From IMG/VR virus record IMGVR_UViG_3300050821_006049: a DNA stretch of 64,000 bases, one strand, 5' to 3'. Below are positions 57,998 through 64,000 of the stretch, in pieces. The translations under genes were made by a program, and so were the position numbers. The notes under the pieces were generated by a model, which saw only the letters and a program-made list of their open reading frames with translations, did no database searches and had not been told where the DNA came from. The stretch comes from a virus. The number at the start of each line of letters is the position of its first letter. The first letter of the stretch is position 1.

Positions 57998-58962
57998 TCA
58001 CCGCGAAGTCGTCGGATCGCGTCCTTGCGCTGACGCAGCCAGCGTTCGGCCGTAGCCACGCCGCCAAGCCCGACAGTCAGCGGCGCGAGGATCATCGCCT
58101 TGCTTGTCGCCGTACCAGTGGGCGGTGTGCTGGCTGGTTGTTCAAGCACGTCATAAACGACATCAATAGGCCATCGCAGCAGTGAATAAGGATTTGCATT
58201 CAGATAAGCATGTTCCCCAGCCGTTAAAAATCTGTTGCCCCATGCATAAGCAACGGTCGCCACCATGCTGCCTGTTCGAGTACTGCTCTGAAACTCTTGA
58301 AGAGTAAACTGCCCATTGGCATTCCAGTTCGCGAGTGGAGACACCATTACCGACGGGCTCCCTTGGAGCACCTGCTGGATACCATTCACATAAAGCGAAG
58401 GAAGCGCGCCTGAAACGAACGACGCTCCGGCCGAAACCATAGATCCCACAACCGGCACCGTTGTCCCCGCAGGCAACGCTGTGGTTGTGGTGTTAGTTGG
58501 GTATGCAACACCAATAACACTGTCGGACGGAGCTGGTTGATCGGGAGCAGCCAGTAGAGCAAGCTGAAGAAAGTTCGTCGTATTTATATAGAAACCAAAC
58601 ATCTGGGCGGGCGCAGTGCCAGTATTTATAGGCCCCCACTTTCCTCGGATGAACAGCGACACCGCGCCTGTTGGCGGGTTAGCTACAAAATTCGCTGGAA
58701 GCCCAGATGTGTTTGCCTGGCCCAAGATGCCATTAAGGCCTGGCCCCTCTGGAGTGTTCACGTTATATGAGTTTGCGTTGCGGCGTACCGTTAGATCCAG
58801 TAGCCCCGGAACAGCTAAATTTGTCATTGTGCTGCCAGGGAAGGCGGCCGGATAAAACGCAGCCAATAGTCCTTTCGCTAATGGATGAGAACGCGCAACT
58901 ACCGGGATTGTGCCCGTCATCGCGCGTCGAGAGATCGACGCGTATCCGGTAAGAAAAGCCAT
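57994..58962 (-). CDS. LamG/concanavalin-like jelly-roll candidate with C-terminal hydrophobic-basic tail (322 aa); no signal peptide
   Basis: Start at ATG 58960-58962 (MAFLTGYASISRRAMTG…), after the upstream stop at 58970. '…GAVSLFIRGKWGP…SMVSAGASFVSGALPSLYVNG…' is LamG-like. The tail is 'AMILAPLTVGLGGVATAERWLRQRKDAIRRLRGE'. Confidence 0.5.
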   Translation of the reverse strand: MAFLTGYASISRRAMTGTIPVVARSHPLAKGLLAAFYPAAFPGSTMTNLAVPGLLDLTVRRNANSYNVNTPEGPGLNGILGQANTSGLPANFVANPPTGAVSLFIRGKWGPINTGTAPAQMFGFYINTTNFLQLALLAAPDQPAPSDSVIGVAYPTNTTTTALPAGTTVPVVGSMVSAGASFVSGALPSLYVNGIQQVLQGSPSVMVSPLANWNANGQFTLQEFQSSTRTGSMVATVAYAWGNRFLTAGEHAYLNANPYSLLRWPIDVVYDVLEQPASTPPTGTATSKAMILAPLTVGLGGVATAERWLRQRKDAIRRLRGE

Positions 58963-58969
58963 CAGAGGA

Positions 58970-59530
58970 CTAATTGTTGAGGTTGATGTTGTAGGTGCGA
59001 TAGAGCAGAGTGTTGTTGCCGCCAGTCGCGCTGAGCGCAGCACCAGAACTATTAAAGACAGCGATCCGAAAACTGCCGGGCGGAATGATAATGCCGGTGC
59101 ATGTTCCTGCCAGAGTCGTGGTCGCACCCGCCGTCTCTTGTGGCATAGAGCAGACGAGTCCGGCCGCAGGCGCTCGGGTGATCGTCGCGCCAGAAGCCAT
59201 TTCACCAGTTCCATAGGTCGTGCCGTTGCTATTCAGCGGCATCAGATAGACGCCGATATACGCCCCGGCAGGAGGGGTGGCGCTGCCTACCGTCCATACG
59301 CCGCCTAAATCCATGAACTGGTCTTGCGCGGTTTGGTTAGTGATATCGGCGGCACTCGAAAGGACAGTGCTGCCGTTGGCAAGCGAAGTCATGTCGCCCG
59401 AGGCCATGACCGCAGTCCATGTGTACCCAACGCCGTTACCGGCGGTCCATGCCGAACGCGCCGCAGCGTGTGCTCCTTGCGCAGCAATCAGCGCAAAAAC
59501 GCCGGCAAGCAGAAGTCTTTTCAGCATCAC
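58970..59530 (-). CDS. Secreted beta-sandwich protein (186 aa)
   Basis: MMLKRLLLAGVFALIAAQGAHA|AARSAW…. '…PPAGAYIGVYLMPLNSNGTTYGTGE…GSFRIAVFNSSGAALSATGGNNTLLYRTYNINLNN' looks like a jelly-roll, receptor-binding-tip-like character (inference). Confidence 0.55.
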   Translation of the reverse strand: MMLKRLLLAGVFALIAAQGAHAAARSAWTAGNGVGYTWTAVMASGDMTSLANGSTVLSSAADITNQTAQDQFMDLGGVWTVGSATPPAGAYIGVYLMPLNSNGTTYGTGEMASGATITRAPAAGLVCSMPQETAGATTTLAGTCTGIIIPPGSFRIAVFNSSGAALSATGGNNTLLYRTYNINLNN

Positions 59531-59537
59531 CTTACCC

Positions 59538-62447
59538 TCAGTTAACTATTAAGTAATTCACGCAAGCCGGGTTGGTCGCGAGCGTCGCCGGAACCTGGAT
59601 TGTAAAACTGGTTGCCGCTGTTCTCGCGGTCACGACCGGCTGAACGAGAGTTGCGAGCGTCGTGTTACAAGTCGTCGCTGATATCGTCGCGCTTTCGTCG
59701 ATCGTCAGCAAAATTTCGCTCGCCGCCGTCACAGCCGTCGTATTGACGACAAGAGTAGGGTTCACACCCGTTGGCACCGCCACGCTTCCAGCTCTTGCCG
59801 AGACGCACACGGCAGGTGAGGCCCCATTAGAGCAATTAGTCGCCGTCGCTCCAGTCGGTGCGCCGCCCACGCATTGGGCTGTAGCTGAGGCCGAGTCCAC
59901 TGCGCAAGAGAAAGTCGTCACCGCCCCGGCAGTCGGATTAAGCGCCATAGTCGTGGGATTATAGCCAGACGCGAGAGCAAGGGTCCGGCCGCCAGTCCCA
60001 TCCTGGGTAACCTCAAAAGTCATAATCTGATTTGTTGACGCGATCTGACCCGTCGGAAATCCGAGGGTTCGGTTCGCGGTGATCGTAACTGTTTGGACGC
60101 CTCCGCAGGAGGCCGCCACGGCGATGGTCGCGGCGTCTGTTAATGGGCAAGGAGCCGACGCTGCCTGAGTGTACTTGAACGTGCCGGTTTGTGTGGTCGC
60201 GCCCGAGATTGTGTGCGCGCCGCTTAGCGTGCCCGACAGCGCAGCGCCATTAATTGTCGGCGTGGTTAGAGTCTTGTTGGTCAGAGTCTGGGTATCGGTC
60301 GTCCCGACGATGGTTCCGGCCGGAGCGGCGACACTCGATGTCAACGTAGTCGAGCTGCCGGCGATCGGGATTTGGCCAGTGGTCAAGCCCGAGATGCCGG
60401 AGCTTCCGGTGCCGCCGTTCGGAAAGCATTGCCAGTTGGTGCCATCAGTTATCAAAGTGACGGGCGTGGCGACGCCGCTGAAGGTCGTAGCCCCCGCGCC
60501 GCAGCCACCGTAGAAGGTTGCCGTCCCGCCTACGGTGGTGATCGAGTAAGTGTGTGTGCCGTCATACCCAAAGTTGTATGAATTGCTGCCCGCAGCACCG
60601 GGATTGGGCGCGGTATAGACCACCGAAGCCGCAGTCGCGGTCAGCATATAATTGCTGTCGTTGGTACTGCTCGCGACACAATTGGAGTTCAGAGTGCAAC
60701 TCGTAGTCCGGGCCGCGTAGAAGGGCGGCTGGATGAATATCGAACTGCCATTGGTAACGGTCTGGGTGCCAGGGTTATAGGTCGATGCTGTGTTGCCGAT
60801 GCCCGGCGTGGCCAGCGTGATCGTCGTCCCTCCACTGCAAGCACCCGAAGACGCTGCCAGTACATTCCCGCTGGTCAGCCCGAGGCACTGCGTCTGAGTG
60901 CCTGTGAGCGTCCCGCTGAAGACCGGGACGCCAGAGAAAGTCGGGGAGCCAGCTAGAGTGCCGGAGAGGGTCGCCCCGGCAATTGTCGGAGTCGTCAGCG
61001 AAGGGCTCGTCCCGAAAACCAGCGCGCCAGACCCGGTCTCACCCGTTACGGCCGCCGCTAAGTTCGCCGAAGAAGGCGTCGCCAGAAATGTCAGAACACC
61101 AGTGCCGGGGACCACCGTGCCGGAGAGGGTTGTTCCAGACGCCCAGATACCAAACGAACCGTTTGTGATGCTCCCGGACGGGTTAAGGGTGCCACTGCCT
61201 GCTGGCGTCTGCCACGTCATATCGTCGCGCAGGAATGTCGTCCCCGTCTGCGTTGCCGGTTGCGGCACTGACAGCGCCCCGACATATTCGCCGGCGCTAT
61301 CCGCTGCGATCGCAATATCTTGGTAGGAGCCTAGCTTGATCGATGCTAACCCGTTCAGGGTGCTGGTCGTGACGTTCAACGTGGAAGTCTGATGCTCAGT
61401 GAAAGCGTCGAGCCCGAAGCCCGTACCAAGCGATCCGGTCGATTGCGCCAGGGTCATCGTGGTCGGCGAGGCGTTGGTCGCCAAGACGAGCTGGCCGGCA
61501 TTGGCCGCGACCAGCGCGACCGTGCTTGTGCTGATGACGGTCGGGACGATCGGACACGCCGATGGGGCCGTCATCACACCAGACGCCGCGCAGAGCGAAC
61601 CCGTCAGCGAAGCCGGAACCTCCGTCGCCATGATCGCGCCAGAGCCGGATGCAACGAGCGACGCTCCGGTTCCGACAACCATCGCCGCTGTCGTGTTTGT
61701 GCTAGAGGTCAAGGCGCTGAAAGCGGCCGACCCGCCGCTGCCGTTTGACGCCGCGGTGATCAGGCCCTTGGCATTGACCGTGATGTTGGCGTTGGTAAAG
61801 CTTCCGACATTAGAGTTGACCGTCGCAAAAGTGGCGACGGCTCCGCTCGTGGTCAAATCGCCCGACAGGTTCCCGGCGGCGGTCACCAGTCCTTTGCCGT
61901 TCACGGTCTCTGCCGCAAAAGTCCCGACATTGCCGTTGACTGTCGCGAGCGTGCCGACCCCGGTCGAGCCGAGCAGCGTGAAGTCGCCAGTGACAGTCAC
62001 CCCGGCGACTGCCGTTCCGGCTCCCGGATAGCCAGCGATCTGATTCAGCGTACCGCTACCGACGGTGCCCGAACCTCCTGTCGCGGCGGCGGGAGCCCAC
62101 GCCAATCCGTTCCACGCCAAAACGTTTGTCGACGCCGGAGCAGCCGCCGATACCGGGCGCCCCTGCAACCCGACCACCGACGTTAAGAACGAGCCCGATC
62201 CAGGGGTTGTCACATCTCCGGTGAAGGCCGGGATACTGGCGTTGAAAAAGGTCGAAAGCTGAGAAGCGCTGGCCGACTTGGTTGGCGTGGAGGAGCTGCA
62301 ACCGCCGGTGGCGCAATCGGCGAATAGATCGGTCGAGAGGACGCTTCCGACCGGCACCAACTGGCTGATGTAGGAGTTCGATCCCGCAAACCCCGCGCAC
62401 GGGAGCAGCGAAACAGCCAAGAACGCCAGCGCCCGTAGGAATTTCAT
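59538..62447 (-). CDS. Secreted tail-fibre-like protein (969 aa), Thr/Gly/Ser/Ala-rich with fibre-type repeats
   Basis: [21 protein letters not shown]|[47 protein letters not shown]. Repeats are '[21 protein letters not shown]' / '[23 protein letters not shown]' and '[23 protein letters not shown]' / '[23 protein letters not shown]'. Confidence 0.65.
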   Translation of the reverse strand: MKFLRALAFLAVSLLPCAGFAGSNSYISQLVPVGSVLSTDLFADCATGGCSSSTPTKSASASQLSTFFNASIPAFTGDVTTPGSGSFLTSVVGLQGRPVSAAAPASTNVLAWNGLAWAPAAATGGSGTVGSGTLNQIAGYPGAGTAVAGVTVTGDFTLLGSTGVGTLATVNGNVGTFAAETVNGKGLVTAAGNLSGDLTTSGAVATFATVNSNVGSFTNANITVNAKGLITAASNGSGGSAAFSALTSSTNTTAAMVVGTGASLVASGSGAIMATEVPASLTGSLCAASGVMTAPSACPIVPTVISTSTVALVAANAGQLVLATNASPTTMTLAQSTGSLGTGFGLDAFTEHQTSTLNVTTSTLNGLASIKLGSYQDIAIAADSAGEYVGALSVPQPATQTGTTFLRDDMTWQTPAGSGTLNPSGSITNGSFGIWASGTTLSGTVVPGTGVLTFLATPSSANLAAAVTGETGSGALVFGTSPSLTTPTIAGATLSGTLAGSPTFSGVPVFSGTLTGTQTQCLGLTSGNVLAASSGACSGGTTITLATPGIGNTASTYNPGTQTVTNGSSIFIQPPFYAARTTSCTLNSNCVASSTNDSNYMLTATAASVVYTAPNPGAAGSNSYNFGYDGTHTYSITTVGGTATFYGGCGAGATTFSGVATPVTLITDGTNWQCFPNGGTGSSGISGLTTGQIPIAGSSTTLTSSVAAPAGTIVGTTDTQTLTNKTLTTPTINGAALSGTLSGAHTISGATTQTGTFKYTQAASAPCPLTDAATIAVAASCGGVQTVTITANRTLGFPTGQIASTNQIMTFEVTQDGTGGRTLALASGYNPTTMALNPTAGAVTTFSCAVDSASATAQCVGGAPTGATATNCSNGASPAVCVSARAGSVAVPTGVNPTLVVNTTAVTAASEILLTIDESATISATTCNTTLATLVQPVVTARTAATSFTIQVPATLATNPACVNYLIVN

Positions 62448-62448
62448 T

Positions 62449-62811
62449 TTAGTTCACCAAAAGACAGCTAGAGGTATCCCCTCCGACGAGAACGCAGCTT
62501 GTCGTATCACCGCCGGTCAGCAACACACCCGGCGTGCTTCCCCCACCACCGCAGGCCGTGCAATTCGGCAGGCCCGTCGTCGGGTCATAGCCGCTGACGC
62601 ATCCGGTAGGGGGCACGCATTGTACGGGCGAGAGGCCGCGCGCCAGCGGGCAGGCAACGGTAGCGCCCCCTTGCGCGCAAGGCACAAGCTCGTTCCCGGT
62701 GAGCGGCATATGCGCCCTAGGGAGACATTGGATGCAGACCCCGTTGGGGTTTTGCGCGAAGGCAGCCCCGGCGCTCGCGAGGAATATCAGGATGAGCGCG
62801 AGGCGTCGCAT
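62449..62811 (-). CDS. Secreted Cys-rich small protein (120 aa) sharing the CIQCL…QGGATV.CP motif with 10006-11475
   Basis: [19 protein letters not shown]|[36 protein letters not shown]…. 12 Cys in total. Its stop lies 1 nt before the fibre gene ATG. Confidence 0.6.
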   Translation of the reverse strand: MRRLALILIFLASAGAAFAQNPNGVCIQCLPRAHMPLTGNELVPCAQGGATVACPLARGLSPVQCVPPTGCVSGYDPTTGLPNCTACGGGGSTPGVLLTGGDTTSCVLVGGDTSSCLLVN

Positions 62812-63195
62812 TCAGCCCACGAGATATTTGTAGAACGAGATATCGAGGACCGGGCTACCCGTCGCCGGGATGAAGTCGATCCGTCCGAGATTCCCCTGAT
62901 AGGTGAAGGTCGTCCCTGTTAAAACCAGCATGCCGACACTTGAGGTCGGCGCCGTACCATCATCTCGCCAGCGCACATTCTGCGTCTCGACCGTGATCAT
63001 CGCGACGACAGCGCCGTCGGGGATGCCGCCGGAGCAAGCGGTTAGCAACGTCGCCCCGCTGAGAGTGAGCTGACAGAAGCCAAGGGGGATGAGCGAGGTT
63101 GGTTGCGTGGGTAATTGCGCCCGCGCCGGTGAGATCCCGAATAGGATAAGAGCAAGAACCAGAACGCAGCGACGGATCACGGCTTGCCCCACCAT
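62812..63195 (-). CDS. Secreted beta-sandwich protein (about 122-127 aa)
   Basis: ATG 63193-63195 (MVGQAVIRRCVLVLALILFGISPARA|QLP…) or GTG 63178-63180 (GTGA overlap). The His/Arg-rich upstream part of ORF 62812-63411 was discarded. Confidence 0.5.
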   Translation of the reverse strand: MVGQAVIRRCVLVLALILFGISPARAQLPTQPTSLIPLGFCQLTLSGATLLTACSGGIPDGAVVAMITVETQNVRWRDDGTAPTSSVGMLVLTGTTFTYQGNLGRIDFIPATGSPVLDISFYKYLVG

Positions 63196-63560
63196 GCGTT
63201 GCCACGCGCCACATAAAGGTCTGTTCCGATGCCGGTGGTGTCCGCCAAAGTGGCCCCGCCGTTGATCGTGGTGCCGGTCGCCGCCGTGAGGGTCACGGTG
63301 CCCGCTGCCGCCGCGAACACATGGACGGTCCATCCCATCGGGAAGAGGGCGTTTGGCACCGGCAGGGTCACGGTCTCGGCGCCGGTGTTTTGAAACACCA
63401 GCAGTTTGCATTGATCGTTCGGAGACAGGGTGTAGGCCGTCTCGGCAGCTGGATGCGTGGTCGCGTGCTGGGAATAATCGGGGCAGTATGCCGCCTGCGC
63501 CAACGCCAATCCCGGCATCAGCGCCAAGGCCGCCGCCAGGAGGAACTTACGGGCAATCAT
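63177..63560 (-). CDS. Secreted beta-sandwich protein (127 aa)
   Basis: MIARKFLLAAALALMPGLALA|QAAYCPDY…. ATGA overlap with the upstream small basic protein gene. Confidence 0.55.
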   Translation of the reverse strand: MIARKFLLAAALALMPGLALAQAAYCPDYSQHATTHPAAETAYTLSPNDQCKLLVFQNTGAETVTLPVPNALFPMGWTVHVFAAAAGTVTLTAATGTTINGGATLADTTGIGTDLYVARGNAWWGKP

Positions 63561-63742
63561 GATTTTCTCCTTGCTTTGGTCTTTCGGCCTTGCCCGCTTT
63601 CGGACATGCCGATAGCGATAGCTTGCGACCGGCTCTTTACGGGGGAGCCGGAACTGGATTTGAGGGCTCCGGTTTTGTACTCGTGCATGACCGCATGCAT
63701 CTTCGACTGCTTCCCGGCCTTGGTGCGTGGCTTGGATTTCAT
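63557..63742 (-). CDS. Small basic protein of the DUF6496-like family (61 aa)
   Basis: 'SKMHAVMHEYKTGALKSSSGSPVKSRSQAIAIGMSESG' matches the '…VMHEFK.GELKSG.G.KVK.R.QAIAIALSEA…' pattern common in alphaproteobacteria, as I recall it. Confidence 0.6.
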   Translation of the reverse strand: MKSKPRTKAGKQSKMHAVMHEYKTGALKSSSGSPVKSRSQAIAIGMSESGQGRKTKARRKS

Positions 63743-63882
63743 TGCGCGCCTCGCCCGGACGGCACCGGCTTCTCGCTTGGGGGGCGCTTATCGACGACCC
63801 TCTTGCCGATCTGCGTCGCCAAATTGACTGTCGCGTCTCCGGCGCTCGACCACAGGGTCCCCGATGTGTCTTTCTGCATCAT
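63739..63882 (-). CDS. Small hypothetical protein (47 aa)
   Basis: My translation is MMQKDTSGTLWSSAGDATVNLATQIGKRVVDKRPPSEKPVPSGRGAQ. GAGGAGGGG RBS. ATGA overlaps at both ends. Below the ORF-track cutoff. Confidence 0.35.
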   Translation of the reverse strand: MMQKDTSGTLWSSAGDATVNLATQIGKRVVDKRPPSEKPVPSGRGAQ

Positions 63883-64000
63883 CCCCTCCTCAAGCTGAGC
63901 CAGACCGCAGGCAAGACCGCGACACCGCCGTAGATCGCCAGTTCGGCGAGCTGATAGGCATCGGGTCGCGGGAGCATCGCGCGGGCCAGCACGAAAGCCC
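63879..64000 (-). CDS. 3' end of a membrane-protein gene entering from the right edge (partial)
   Basis: The minus-strand frame is open from the window edge: …AFVLARAMLPRPDAYQLAELAIYGGVAVLPAVWLSLRRG*. Its stop overlaps the next ATG. Confidence 0.3.
   Translation of the reverse strand, partial: AFVLARAMLPRPDAYQLAELAIYGGVAVLPAVWLSLRRG

Noticed and set aside
58963-59214. N-terminal 84-codon extension of ORF 57994-59214
   Set aside because: It overlaps the 3' end of gene 58970-59530 in another frame and is Arg-rich. ATG 58962 lies just after that gene's stop.
62812-63411. N-terminal 72-codon His/Arg-rich extension of the 199-aa ORF
   Set aside because: It overlaps the well-formed upstream gene 63177-63560. 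An internal ATG (63195) or GTG (63180, GTGA overlap) gives a normal signal peptide.
1-64000. Diversity-generating retroelement, retron or other RT-based system (suggested by the BPP-1-like architecture and fibre genes)
   Set aside because: No ORF with reverse-transcriptase motifs (YxDD) was seen in any frame, and I noticed no template/variable repeat pair at fibre 3' ends. A dot-plot would be needed to exclude short repeats.
1-64000. CRISPR arrays, rRNA, tRNA/tmRNA genes, integrase/recombinase and att repeats
   Set aside because: I recognised no regularly spaced direct repeats, no cloverleaf-like segments and no tyrosine/serine recombinase motifs. Prophage ends are therefore not defined within the window. 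tRNAscan/ARAGORN and a repeat finder should confirm this.

Overview
Visibly GC-rich window (GC not computed) that reads as most of a temperate podovirus-like phage or prophage. The host looks alphaproteobacterial, based on a GapR/DUF2312 homologue, a KTSC domain, a DUF3309-like peptide and a PEP-CTERM protein.

Layout:
- 1-28.8 kb: one long minus-strand late operon, tightly translationally coupled (ATGA/TAATG/GTGA overlaps). Transcription order is RHH regulator, small genes, HNH, a secreted protein / PEP-CTERM protein / Wzy-like membrane protein block, J-domain protein, TerL, portal, HslV-like Ntn peptidase, scaffold, HNH, major capsid, second shell protein, adaptor-like paralogues, tail hub with GSGYT repeats, then internal virion proteins including a lysozyme-domain protein. 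The last gene runs off the left edge. Two 2-gene plus-strand cassettes sit antisense inside this operon.
- 28.8-36.7 kb: accessory/regulatory patchwork with GIY-YIG/T5orf172-HTH proteins, a Tat-secreted protein operon, an IS1595 remnant and a toxin-antitoxin-like pair.
- 36.7-38.0 kb: GH25 endolysin module.
- 38.0-45.2 kb: early/replication region (RuvC, GapR, Cro-like HTH, symmetric operator switch, PD-(D/E)XK exonuclease, AAA_24-type ATPase, CR-type zinc-finger miniproteins, primase-ZnF/RecA-like ATPase).
- 45.8-63.6 kb: the most unusual part. An 18-kb minus-strand operon in which 10 of 11 consecutive fibre-like or glycanase-like proteins start with canonical Sec signal peptides. The five largest also share a motif at the predicted cleavage site.

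No rRNA, tRNA, CRISPR array, reverse transcriptase or integrase was recognised. All family assignments come from motif recognition by eye, with no searches run.
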